From positions 8,029,599 through 8,093,598 of the forward strand of contig CAJINV010000001.1 in NCBI GenBank assembly GCA_905178155.1: a stretch of 64,000 nt of DNA, given 5' to 3'. The notes under the pieces are model-generated. The model was not told where the DNA came from, made no database searches, and saw only the letters and a list, made by a program, of their open reading frames with translations. The position numbers and the translations under genes were made by a program. This document shows, in pieces, positions 1 through 10,710 of this stretch (positions are counted from its first letter, which is position 1; every line of letters begins with the position of its first letter). Source of the stretch: Amoebophrya sp. A120. Lineage: Eukaryota; Protista; Dinoflagellata.

Positions 1-590
1 GAAGTGTGTTTGCAGCACGTCCGCTCGTGTCCGTATCTGTACCCGACAAATGAAACATCGGCTTCGTGAACAGTATCGTACAACATAGTCGTGCAACATC
101 GTACTACGTGCACCGACTTGTAAGTAAGTAGTGATCTTAACCCGGTGAAGATTGTTGCTTGCGCAGATGTTGCTTTTTTCTAAATTTGCCTTGCAGGATT
201 TCGACGTAGCGACCCCCCTATATAGAAAAAGTGCGTAGATTCGGCCAGATTGCATCGAAGTAGGGTGAAGTATCACCGCATGCAACTGCACTAGTATACA
301 AGATAGAAGCCGATTGGTGTCTACATTTGCTGTATCAGTCTTTTCACCATGTATCAGTGGGTGCTTCTTACTTTCTATATTAGCTTTCGAAGCGTATCAT
401 GTGCCCGGTTGGCGGGTACTGGAGTAGATCTATTTGGCAGGGCGTGCTAAATTCTGACGCTACGCTCTGACATGCATCCTAAATATCACGGTGTAAACAT
501 ACAGTTTTGCTAGAAGTGTACCCACTGACTATATCAGTTTTGACTCTTCTGAACCAGGATCAACGTTTGAGAGCCACGCCCGCCGCAGCC

Positions 591-3500
591 ATGTTGTCTT
601 CACGTCCTGGCGCCCCCGTTGCTGTGGTTCAGCTCACGGAAGAGGACGAGCCACCGGGGACATCACGACCCCCATTTTCCGTGCCGAAACCCGTGCAGAT
701 TTCGAAGCGATCTTGGACTTACCCACTCCTTTTCGAGGACATTGCGGCTTTTACTGCCACCACAGACCTCCACCATCAAGGCCTCACCGCGGGAGCAGGT
801 GGCTCCTCTCCCCTTTCCGGCCCCGCCAGCCCGTCGGGCGATTTCAGGAGCGCGCAGCCGCATGGGATTTTGACCAGTGAAGACTTCTGTTGGGAGGATC
901 GGTTCGTGGACCTTGCTCCGTTGGCGCGGGGGGGCTTCGGTCGCGTGTACTCAGCGGTTGACACTTTAAACCGGAACCGAAAAGTCGCGCTGAAAATGGA
1001 GAGCATAGGCAGCCGCCACGCGGTGTTACTGGAGGAGGCCAAGGTGTTGCAGAAACTGCAGGGGCTGATTGGCGTGCCGAGGTTGTTTGGATACGGAGTG
1101 CAGGGGATCCAGAATGTCATGGTGATGGAGATGGTGGGGCCCAGCATGGCCCAGATGCTGGCCCGCCACGGCTCGAACGAGTTCGATGTGAAAACCTGGG
1201 TCCTGATTGCGCTGCAGATGCTCCGGATCCTGGAGGGGATTCACAAGGCGGGCTACGTGCACCGCGACGTGAAGCCCAGAAATTTCGCGTTGACGATGCC
1301 GGCCAGCAGCGAGCCAGGTGGATACAGTGGGGAGGCTGGAGCAGGTAAATATGGAGGCGGAGCGGACGACTACACCGTGACGGGACTTTTGTCGCATAAC
1401 ACGAGTACGGATGCGCAACAGGGCAGCAGCGAAGGTGACAGCCACACTTTGTCATTCTTCAGTGGGAGCGGGAGGGAGCTCGGACTGGGAGCGAAAAAAG
1501 AAGAGGAAACGGCTACAACGACGGCGTCGTCCCGACGGTTCGGTTTTACTTCACAGCGCACGGCATCGGGCTTTCGCGTCGGAGCCAAGGGCTGGGGCTT
1601 TCGGTACGGAAAGTGCATCATTTTGCTCGATTACGGGCTCGCCAAGCCGATCGAGCGACGAACCACGGGAAGTAATAGTGCGGGCGGTTCTGCGCTTCCC
1701 GGCTTGCCGGGCGACCTAGACGGGACGGCGCGAACCAAGACTGCCGGCGCAGTCCTAGTCACGAAGCAGTCCAATGCTTACAAGTCTCGGTCGCAGCAGT
1801 TTTCTCCCTCCCGAGGATCAAATACTCCGATGATCGCCGGGCCTCTTTCTAATTCTAACCGTGGTAATTATGTTGGCCGCCCGGCCTCGCGAGAGTTTGC
1901 GCCGCCTGCCCGGGGCGGGAGCAACTCGCCACTTCAAGGCGGCGGCAGCCCGGTGCTGGCCCGGCAACGCGGCAGAAGCAACGATCTTCCCTCCCCGCCC
2001 CTTGGTGGCGCAGGCCCGGTGCTTGCTCGGCAGCGCGGAAAACAGGATCAAAATCCAGCGTACGGAAGCCCGCTGAAGAAAGTGGTGTCGGGGCAAGAGT
2101 TTCTGGATCTCGACGGTGGCGATAATGTAATCGCACAGCTCTCTGGCGGAAGGAGAATAGCAAACATAGGCGGGAGCTCCGGCAGCACTCCATCTCCCGT
2201 TCCGGCCGCAAGATCGAAGAACAAGAATTCGGATTATGCGGTACAACAGCAACTTCCGGGGACGCGTCAGAATCTGCTTCTGCAACCAGCCAATAACCAA
2301 CCTCCGCAGCTCGAGCAATGCGCGATTGACATGCTGTGTGGAATGACGCACGAGATGGTTGTGGAGTTGCTAAAGCGCGGGGATTTGTTGGAAGATTTTG
2401 TACGGCAGGGAGTCAAGGAGGGTCTCGCCGTGGGCGTCGTGAATCTGAACTTCAACAATCCTGCCCCACCGCGACCGCAACTCGCGGTCTCGTCTTTTCC
2501 CACCGAGGCGAGCGAAACCGCAGAGATGTGGCCGGGCGGAGGCAAGGACCGCACGTCGACCTTCAGCCTGCTCCGGGAGGACTTCGACCTGCAATTCCCG
2601 CCGCAGAAGCGGGTGGATAGGGCGGTGATGCAGCGCAAACCGAGCATCAACCACGTATCGTCCCGGCGGGACCAGTTTTTGGCTGCCCTCACCGCGGACG
2701 GAGCGGTACCGGGGTCCATCCGCGGGGACTGGTTCCGGCAGGTGGGCACGCGTGAGGTGATCCAGGAGTTCGCGCTCTCCGCCGGCCGCTGGTACTTGGA
2801 CAGCATGGGCTCCTCCTTTCTGACCGGCAGCGCAATGGTAACTGACGAGCAAGCAATGCAACTCGCCAACAAGGACATACTACAGAACGAAGTGATCCCT
2901 GGGAGCATTCTCGACGTCCCCGGTGCGACAGGTAGTAGTCTTAAACTTTCGCGAAAAACGAGCAAGGACAGAGAGAAAAAGAAAAAAGCGACCATTGCCG
3001 CAGGGCCCCCGGTGGTCCGCAAGCAGTTCTCGCGGGAGGACTACCACGGCGTGGGTGCAGCAGGGCACTACCATGCACTAGACAACAATGCGTTCGTGGG
3101 TACGGTTGACTTCGCCTCACCCGGTGCGCACGATCGGGACAGCGTGCGCTACCTGGACGAAGTGGATGATCTTTACGGACTAGGATACACGCTCGTCGCC
3201 CTGATGAACAAGGGCAAGCTGCCGTGGTCCCGCCCCGATTCCATGGAACTCGAGGAACAGGTGGGCGTCGAAAAGCGCAACATTTCCGCACAGGCACTCT
3301 GTGCAAACTGCCCCCACAAGTTCCTCGATTTCTTCGACTACTTGCGGGAACTGCGCCCAGAGTACTGCGAATCTTCGGGAACTGGTGGAGGTTCTTACGG
3401 GAATAAAACGAAATCTTCCACGATCAAAGGTGTTCAGCCGGGTGTGAGGGACAGCCTTTCGACGACGATGTCCCGGGAAAGTTCTTCGTCGACCCCCGAG

Positions 3501-3689
3501 TTGAACATTGACTACCAGCGCATCTCGAAACTGTTCTTGGAAATCGCAGACGAGGAGGAAATCAATATCCAGGATGTGGGCTACTTCTGGGACCGCACCA
3601 AATCAACCTGGGGTGACCATCTATACGGAAAAAACTGCTATCCCCGATTGCTTGGGCAACTCGAGCAGAGGCGCCGGTTTGCGTCGTAG
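591..3689 (+). CDS. CK1: Casein kinase 1 (CK1/TTBK)-family protein kinase with very large inserts
   Basis: Motifs GGFGRVY, VALKME, MVMEMVGPS, HRDVKPRNF, LLDYGLAK, FVGTVDFAS, DDLYGLGY and LPW occur in order; there is no APE motif, as is typical of CK1. First ATG at 591; an upstream exon is possible. Confidence 0.85.
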   Translation: MLSSRPGAPVAVVQLTEEDEPPGTSRPPFSVPKPVQISKRSWTYPLLFEDIAAFTATTDLHHQGLTAGAGGSSPLSGPASPSGDFRSAQPHGILTSEDFCWEDRFVDLAPLARGGFGRVYSAVDTLNRNRKVALKMESIGSRHAVLLEEAKVLQKLQGLIGVPRLFGYGVQGIQNVMVMEMVGPSMAQMLARHGSNEFDVKTWVLIALQMLRILEGIHKAGYVHRDVKPRNFALTMPASSEPGGYSGEAGAGKYGGGADDYTVTGLLSHNTSTDAQQGSSEGDSHTLSFFSGSGRELGLGAKKEEETATTTASSRRFGFTSQRTASGFRVGAKGWGFRYGKCIILLDYGLAKPIERRTTGSNSAGGSALPGLPGDLDGTARTKTAGAVLVTKQSNAYKSRSQQFSPSRGSNTPMIAGPLSNSNRGNYVGRPASREFAPPARGGSNSPLQGGGSPVLARQRGRSNDLPSPPLGGAGPVLARQRGKQDQNPAYGSPLKKVVSGQEFLDLDGGDNVIAQLSGGRRIANIGGSSGSTPSPVPAARSKNKNSDYAVQQQLPGTRQNLLLQPANNQPPQLEQCAIDMLCGMTHEMVVELLKRGDLLEDFVRQGVKEGLAVGVVNLNFNNPAPPRPQLAVSSFPTEASETAEMWPGGGKDRTSTFSLLREDFDLQFPPQKRVDRAVMQRKPSINHVSSRRDQFLAALTADGAVPGSIRGDWFRQVGTREVIQEFALSAGRWYLDSMGSSFLTGSAMVTDEQAMQLANKDILQNEVIPGSILDVPGATGSSLKLSRKTSKDREKKKKATIAAGPPVVRKQFSREDYHGVGAAGHYHALDNNAFVGTVDFASPGAHDRDSVRYLDEVDDLYGLGYTLVALMNKGKLPWSRPDSMELEEQVGVEKRNISAQALCANCPHKFLDFFDYLRELRPEYCESSGTGGGSYGNKTKSSTIKGVQPGVRDSLSTTMSRESSSSTPELNIDYQRISKLFLEIADEEEINIQDVGYFWDRTKSTWGDHLYGKNCYPRLLGQLEQRRRFAS

Positions 3690-4527
3690 CGCGCAAAATG
3701 TAAACTGCGTTGCTCGTTCGAACGAGGGAACTCTGCTGTTGATTTTGCGGAGTTGGTGGACTTCGAATTTGATGGGCAAGAAAACGCGCCAATTGTAAAG
3801 TAACCTGTGTATAGAAATGTACCAATCAATCAAAAAAAGGAATGTCTCGTTCTCGACCGTGGTCTTGCGTGGCGCTTCACGACCGGTTCCGGTAGGAAAG
3901 TAGTGTTCTCGCCGAGCAAAGGCGTGTGGCAGATGATAGATAGAGTTCTGGTTAAAGTCGTCGCAGTTGCAATCTAGTAGTAGCGATCCTCTTTCGGTGG
4001 TTTCGCTTTCAGTCATGAGTTCGGTCGATGACACTGCTGTCGAGCAGTCTAGACGGTTTCTCGGTACTTCGGTAGATGCCCCCAAGTGGATGTTCGGTAA
4101 ACATTTATGTTGGTGGCTGCCAAGTACTTAGACGCTTCATGATTTCGGTACGTATGTAAATCGTCCAAGTCTATGACCGTCTGCAGTTATACCCGCCCTG
4201 GGCGGGGGGAGATTCGGTATGTGGAGCGCTGGCTCGAGTTTTCCATCTTTAGGTTTAGGATCCGCATCCGATCCTGACGGATTTGTCTACTTACGTTTAC
4301 CACAGGACCCCATTCTTGTTCTCTTGCGTGCGGCAAGAGCTTCCCCTTCAGGGTCGACAACCAAGCAATAAAGCATATGCCTTTGTACATTTTTTTGTTT
4401 TTTGACCTCTCTGAGGACTTTTTCTTTTACCATGGGATGCGTATAGTTTCACTGCTGCAGCTGCAGCCATGATTCGGGCGCCGCTCGAAAGAGAACCCGG
4501 CAGTCCGAACAGGAACACCCAGATTGG

Positions 4528-7500
4528 ATGTTGTCCCAACTCGCCAAGTTCCATCACCCGGAAAGCGAGCTCTTTGTCGGCAAACTTGAGTGGTCGGAAG
4601 AAAACCAGGATTACGTCCCGAGAAGGCTCATGGCAGCGCACGACCACGAGAGCGAGCTCCGCGACGACTATCTGCGAAACCGCGTACGCCACACGAGCGA
4701 CGTGGACGAGGTCGACCGGCAGGTGCGGCGGCTCGTCGGGCGCTACGATTCGCTGGAACACCTCGATCTGGTGGAAGCAGCAGTAGACCCGGGAAGTGAA
4801 GAAGGGAAGGCGGGGCTCGCACTCATTGGCAAGGCTCCGGATAAAAACGCCCCCGCGCGGCCCCTCTCTGGGGCCAAGCGGGTTTTGCTCCACGAAGATT
4901 GGGTGGACGCAAGAGAGGCAGCGGACGAACAGGCGGCGTCTTCATCAAAAAGCCGGCACTTGCTAGAAGAGGTTCATCGCGAGAGCGACCAGATCTTGCG
5001 CGAACTGCTAAGCGATGACGCGGTGCAGCATGTGATCTTCGGCGGAGTAAGTGACGACGTGAACAGACGGCTTGCTCTTGCAACGCCGTCCAGTGGTGCC
5101 GTGGGAGGGAATCAACAGCCACAGCACGACGATTTCGATGTCGAAGAATTCGTCGAGTTCGAGTTTCGTCGGCAGACGAAAGACGCGAATGGGAACCGCG
5201 CCCGCCCTCTGCTAGGCAACTGGGAGGAAATCGAGCAGTTCATGCAGCTCGGCCGGCAGTACAATTTCGCGCGGGCGCGCAACAGCCTGCATCGCTTTGT
5301 TCGAACACTGCTGGAGCACACGATACTTCTGCACGAAGGCGAAGTAGATGATGTGGTATCAGGACCGCATGATGTTGTTGAACAGCCAGCAGTGGTTCCG
5401 AATTATCGCGCAACTTCGGTTGTACAAGAACTACCGCAGACCGCGGAACTATCTTCCACCCACCACATTTCCCGTCGCGGCAAGTACTGGACCTTTGCGA
5501 GCCGGTCCTTCGATGCGTTGGATGCGGCGGCGGAAGTGTCGTTTGGATTCGAGAGCGAGAGACGGCGCCAACTCGAAGAACTTTCCGAAGAGGAGGCCGA
5601 GGCACTGGTTGCGGCCGAGACCGGCGGGACGGCAGCCAAAGACGGACCACCGATCACACTGTCGATTACGGTCGGTTTGGTCACGATGGAGCCGTCGAAG
5701 TTGCAGCAATTCTTCGGGGCCACGCCGGACGAGGTCGCCAGTGCGCTACTGACCGCGTTCGGCGGGACTGACACAAATGCCCGGCGGCGGTTGGCGGTGG
5801 ACCCCGCAAGCGTCAATCTTGGCGTCACCGAAGTTGGCTTTCAGGACCCCTCCATGACAACGGGCCTCTTAAACGCGACGCTGTACCCCATACCGGTACT
5901 GGCGCAGCCAGGCGGCACTGACGCGCCGGTGGTCGACCTGCCGACCGCCACGACAACAACGACGAGCACCAGCACCAGCACGTCGTCCACCACGACTGTC
6001 ACTTCTACGACGACCACAACAACAACCAGCTCGACGACATCCACCACGACGACAACCACAACGACTGTTGCGCTGGTAGAGGTCGAGGTGGAGGTGGTGG
6101 AAGTGACGGTCAGCGTGCCAACGGCAGTTCCCCTGGTTGTGACACCGGAACAGGAGGTCGCGATGGCTTCTTCACCGTCCGTGCAGGCGGGGCTGGAGGA
6201 TGCCTGCTTGGAAAAGTACGCAAGCGCCAGTTCGGATGTGACCGCCTGCGAAGTTAGTGACATAGCCTTTCAAGACGCGAGGGTTTTGATTGCTGAAGAT
6301 GAAGAAGAACCACAGCATGTGGCGGTCTTGTCTTATCCTGTCGTTCAAGGGGGACATCATCTTCAAAGCCCAGCACCGGCGCGCATGCTGAAGGTCGAAG
6401 CAGCGGGGCTGGGAGCAGAAAACGTTTTCGGCATCGATGAGATCCGAGGCAACATTGCGCGCTTGAAAAACGTTGAACCGACTGAAGACACGCCACGTCT
6501 GCTGCAGCTGTGGGAGCGGCGGCTATCCGCGTACGAAAAAGCCAGCGCCGAATCGCGCAAGCACCACCGTCGTTTCCCCTTGCTCACGGCGACGGACGCC
6601 AAAATCCTGACGCATTTGCACCGCGCACAGGCAGAGGATGCCGCGCGCAAGGGAAGAAGTCTTGGATACGGCACTTCTAGCGAGCACGCATTAAAAGTAG
6701 CGGAATGGGCGACCAGTACTAGCCAGCTTGCACACGACTCTACAACTCGGAGGAGGACTCAAGCCGTGTCAAAAGTGATGACGTCGAACAGCAACCTGAT
6801 CCTCCAGTCCTCCTCGGCCACCGCGGCAAATTCGGTCACAAGTGCGGTGACGGCGGCAGCGACTAACGCTGATCCCGCGGCTTTATCGGCGTTCACCGCA
6901 GCCGTAAAGTCCTCAATCGCCCAGAAAGTCGCGCAGGCCGCGGCGGCGGGCACTCCAGACCCGGTCACCGCGTTGCCGGCGAGTCAGCAGCTGTCCTCGG
7001 CGAACATCAATAACATGGTGCAACCGATCACACCGAACCTCCTACCCAATCCCGCCACCATCTCCGCCTCCGCGCCGGTGACAAAAACGGTGACGAAGGA
7101 GGTAGCTGTGACGGACACGACGACCACGGACGCGCCGACGAATTTTTTCAGCAGCATGACGGAGGAGGATGCGACGCTGATAACCGTGGTGATCGTGCTG
7201 CTGTCACTCGTTGGGGTCGGAGCGGGTTTTGCCTATTACCACCAACTGCAGCACCGGAAGGAGCTGAAGGGCGACATGCAGCACTTGAAGAACGTGCACG
7301 TGGAGCTCGCGGAGTCGCACAAAGAGCTGCACAAGCGGCACTCCGAGTTGCACGAGGTGCATTTGGACTTACAAAAAAGCCATAAGGAACTCTGCGAAAG
7401 CCACAAAGAGTTGCACGAGAAGCACAACGACCTGCACGACAAACACGACGAATTGCTCATGCTGTCAATCCGGAACTCGGGCGGGCTGCCGGGCGGGCCG

Positions 7501-8367
7501 GAGGATGTTGACCATGTCCCCGAGGGGAGTAAGAACAAAGTACTCGCAATTGAAGATGTGAACGTAGCAGGGGGCGGTCTTGACGTAGCGGACCGCCCCG
7601 CGGGCTCTCTAGCAGAGCCACCAACCGGGGAAGATCGAACGAGGCCGATCGAAAAACCGGGCAGGCATTCTGTCGAGTTAGCGCACCCTGCGAAGCTTGC
7701 GAGCCTGAAAAATGCTGTAGTACCAGATCCGGCGGAAAAATCGAAGGACGTGGCGCAACCGCACACACCGCGGAGGCAGGAGGCAGCAGCACACGTCGGA
7801 AAAACAAAAGGGCTGATGACGCATGGAAGTAAGCCCATGAAGGACTTTGAGAGTGACGTTGTCAAGGAAGTAGTAGAAGAGGGGAATAATCCGAATGCCT
7901 CGAGAGCAACCATTGCGCCCGACGAAGTTGCTGACCCAGCAGCGTCGAGGGCGACCATTGCGCCCGACGAAATCAAGCCTGCCGCTCCGAAAGCGACGGA
8001 GAAGAGAGCATCGCTAGAAAAAGCAGCAGTGGCTGCAGTGCCGCCGATTGCGATGGACAATGTTGCACGGGCTCCGATGGAAAAGCCGGCAGAGTTGAAG
8101 GGGCCGATTTCTCCGAGGGATAATTCTCCGATGTTGAAGGCGACAACCGCACAAGGAAGCGACATTTCGTCGCATTCTCCCGCGATGAAACAGGTGGAGA
8201 AACCTCCTTCGAAGCCAGCGGAAAGACCTCCTGCGAAGGCCGCACAAAATCCTCCTGCGGTTGTTCCGCTTGAACAAGCTAAGGCTACGCCTTCCCGCCC
8301 CCACAGCCCGCGCCACGTGAGCCCACGACACGCCCCCCCCTACAGCGGTATACAAGGACGTGCATAA
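4528..8367 (+). CDS. Large type-I membrane/mucin-like surface protein. The 5' end is probably in upstream exons and the true stop is probably at 8476.
   Basis: 1279-aa ORF with a Thr-rich stalk, one TM helix (LITVVIVLLSLVGVGAGFAYY), a His-rich heptad coiled coil and a Pro/Ala-rich tail. Confidence 0.7.
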   Translation: MLSQLAKFHHPESELFVGKLEWSEENQDYVPRRLMAAHDHESELRDDYLRNRVRHTSDVDEVDRQVRRLVGRYDSLEHLDLVEAAVDPGSEEGKAGLALIGKAPDKNAPARPLSGAKRVLLHEDWVDAREAADEQAASSSKSRHLLEEVHRESDQILRELLSDDAVQHVIFGGVSDDVNRRLALATPSSGAVGGNQQPQHDDFDVEEFVEFEFRRQTKDANGNRARPLLGNWEEIEQFMQLGRQYNFARARNSLHRFVRTLLEHTILLHEGEVDDVVSGPHDVVEQPAVVPNYRATSVVQELPQTAELSSTHHISRRGKYWTFASRSFDALDAAAEVSFGFESERRRQLEELSEEEAEALVAAETGGTAAKDGPPITLSITVGLVTMEPSKLQQFFGATPDEVASALLTAFGGTDTNARRRLAVDPASVNLGVTEVGFQDPSMTTGLLNATLYPIPVLAQPGGTDAPVVDLPTATTTTTSTSTSTSSTTTVTSTTTTTTTSSTTSTTTTTTTTVALVEVEVEVVEVTVSVPTAVPLVVTPEQEVAMASSPSVQAGLEDACLEKYASASSDVTACEVSDIAFQDARVLIAEDEEEPQHVAVLSYPVVQGGHHLQSPAPARMLKVEAAGLGAENVFGIDEIRGNIARLKNVEPTEDTPRLLQLWERRLSAYEKASAESRKHHRRFPLLTATDAKILTHLHRAQAEDAARKGRSLGYGTSSEHALKVAEWATSTSQLAHDSTTRRRTQAVSKVMTSNSNLILQSSSATAANSVTSAVTAAATNADPAALSAFTAAVKSSIAQKVAQAAAAGTPDPVTALPASQQLSSANINNMVQPITPNLLPNPATISASAPVTKTVTKEVAVTDTTTTDAPTNFFSSMTEEDATLITVVIVLLSLVGVGAGFAYYHQLQHRKELKGDMQHLKNVHVELAESHKELHKRHSELHEVHLDLQKSHKELCESHKELHEKHNDLHDKHDELLMLSIRNSGGLPGGPEDVDHVPEGSKNKVLAIEDVNVAGGGLDVADRPAGSLAEPPTGEDRTRPIEKPGRHSVELAHPAKLASLKNAVVPDPAEKSKDVAQPHTPRRQEAAAHVGKTKGLMTHGSKPMKDFESDVVKEVVEEGNNPNASRATIAPDEVADPAASRATIAPDEIKPAAPKATEKRASLEKAAVAAVPPIAMDNVARAPMEKPAELKGPISPRDNSPMLKATTAQGSDISSHSPAMKQVEKPPSKPAERPPAKAAQNPPAVVPLEQAKATPSRPHSPRHVSPRHAPPYSGIQGRA
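5944..6066 (+). repeat. Coding poly-Thr/Ser (ACN)n tract, mucin-like stalk
   Basis: About 40 consecutive, mostly T/S codons inside the 4528 ORF. Confidence 0.8.
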
Positions 8368-9490
8368 GCCGGACATCAAGCCGCAAGCGGAACCAGTTCG
8401 GAAACCAGATATCAAGCCGGAAGCGAAGGAGGGACGCAGGCTGGGCACCCGAAACTTCACCAGTGAAGAACTTTGATAGAAAAAGGAATATTTCATACGA
8501 GTTGAAACTTTAAAACCTCACTCGCTCTACTGCATTGAGGGGCGCCACGCGCCAGATGAAGAAAAAAAACGGAATGATCGGGCGGTAAATTTCCATCAAT
8601 TTTTTTTTTGTCGAGATGTATTCACGTACACTAAATGGGTCGGCGAAGTAGGCCTACTTATAACTTTTTTTTGTTTTATCCTGTACCATGCATTCAAGAG
8701 CTATACTCATATGTCATATGATTTATCTTCAGACGGTGTTATTTCCTTCTCCCTCGAGGTATTTCAACCTATCGGTCTCATATATTCAAGATATTTTTCA
8801 TTTTCGACTTTGAATGAGGGCATTGGCCTGCATTTATCGGAGCAACCTTTCCGGTCGTGTTTCTTCATCCTGTTTCCGGATTAAAGTCCCCGTACATGAT
8901 ACGATACAATAAAATATTCAAAGCCTGAAATTGTAGAATGACAGTGCCGGTTACGGTTTGCTTGTTCAATCACGAAGGAAAAGAAGAGCAGAAAAGAAAA
9001 TCCGAATAAAGAGAAATGCCGCAAGGTGCCGTGAAGACCAAGGTTCACTTGTGTGAAAAGCAGGGCTTCAACTGGCATGATAATGATCAACAAGAATCGT
9101 GATCATTGTTGGATTCGGATCAATCGTTTCGAAGATCCAGCCGGAGGGTGTGACAAGGAAGCGCAAAACCCAGGATCTGACAGTCGTATCCAGTAGCGAA
9201 CGTACCGGTACCGCTCTGATAGTGAGGTACTGTTTTGCTACAGATGCAATCTACGTCTTTTTACCTGCTTCTCGTGATCTCGCCTTGACATCGTCGTTCT
9301 TGTCCCATCACAGCGACAAAAAAATTGGGGTTTTACCGAATTTATATACGAATAATCTTTTAGATCGTTCTTTATCGTTTCGGTTTTGTTTACTTCACAA
9401 ATCGACTTCGTACGTTAACCGAAACAAACGACCTTTTTTTTCTCCCATCTCGACTTACCAAAACCCGAAAACTAAGCGACAGAGAATAAA

Positions 9491-10195
9491 ATGCAAGTCG
9501 ACGAGCAGGCAGCGTCGAGCTCTACTTTTCCGCAGCCTCCGACCTTGCGGCAGCTGTATGGAGGCGCATGCACCTGCGAGGTTTTCGGAGACTTTGATGA
9601 CGTCAGCGCAGTGCGCCAGGTTCCAGACGAGCAGGAGGTTTTCTGCAGTCGGAATTTCGGTGCGGATTCACTGATCATCGAGCTGCTTGCGGATGACGCG
9701 TTCAGCAAGTCGGACCCGCGCGACGCGGTGCGGTTCCACTTCGCCGACCTTGCAAAGGCAAACCAGGCCGCAGCCTCCGAGGTCCTGCAATGCCAAAGCC
9801 TCCCGCCGGTCAATTTTGCTGGCAAGCAGGACGAGCGCACCTTTTGCAGCGTCGCAGCCGGATGGCAGCAGTGCAGCAATCGCACCGGCCAGGTGGAAGA
9901 CAAGGTTTTCGTTTTGGTCGGTTGCGTCCGGTACGAAAAGTACAAAACGGATGTGCTGATAACTCTGAATTGTGGACCTCTCGGGGAGGATCATCAGAGG
10001 CGGGCGGACGACAGCAGTGCGGCGGAACAGCAAACGGGAACCGAAGCGGACAAAGACACGGTCGCTTTCTGGGGCGATGCGGTGGTTTCTTTCCTCAAGC
10101 AGGAGAAGCAAGCGCACGCTGTTTCCTATCTCAGAACATTTGCACAAATTCTTAACTCATTCCGCGTCGTGGACGACAACCTCTTTGTCATGTAG
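9491..10195 (+). CDS. MOG1: Ran guanine-nucleotide release factor Mog1 (Mog1p/PsbP-like fold)
   Basis: RQLYGGA...DDVSAVRQVPDEQEVF...DSLIIELL...VRFHFADLA...TDVLITLN matches the Mog1 consensus. Confidence 0.85.
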   Translation: MQVDEQAASSSTFPQPPTLRQLYGGACTCEVFGDFDDVSAVRQVPDEQEVFCSRNFGADSLIIELLADDAFSKSDPRDAVRFHFADLAKANQAAASEVLQCQSLPPVNFAGKQDERTFCSVAAGWQQCSNRTGQVEDKVFVLVGCVRYEKYKTDVLITLNCGPLGEDHQRRADDSSAAEQQTGTEADKDTVAFWGDAVVSFLKQEKQAHAVSYLRTFAQILNSFRVVDDNLFVM

Positions 10196-10710
10196 GTCGT
10201 AGCAGCGAATACAGTGGTGACCATGATGATCCATTAAGCATGTCAGCCACGACCCTGTTGTAGCGTCGGGAAAGAGGCGCGAGGCTGCTTCAGTGCTTTG
10301 TTCCAACGAGGGCATTGCCGCTGGGACGAGGCCTGGCGCCGCATTCGTGGCTATTTTCTGTTCTCCGTACTTGACGACTTTCCTTCGGCCGGCACTCCAC
10401 ACGGCAGAGAGCAATTCATATTCAGGCGAAGCGGCAAACCCTCTTGATGGTTTGATTTCGTTTCTGACTGCTCTACGCGATGCCTGGAATTTTTGAGCTG
10501 TGAGGTATTTTTGAGAGAATTGGTTGCAGCGTGGGGGCAAAGAAATGCAGGAAAGAAAGGGCCTCGATGTCTTCTATGTGCCCGTTTCTTTCATCGTTGT
10601 CCGTCGAGTCATTTTTGCAGTGAGTAACTCGAGCCCCTGTCGCCTATGTTTGACTCAAATTGTCAATTGGATGCGAAGATAGATTATTTACCAGCTGCAG
10701 CAGTTGCGTC

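Noticed and set aside
4058-4225. Five TCGGTA motifs within about 160 bp
   Set aside because: Spacing is irregular; they are more simply explained as splice donors of small upstream exons or as chance.
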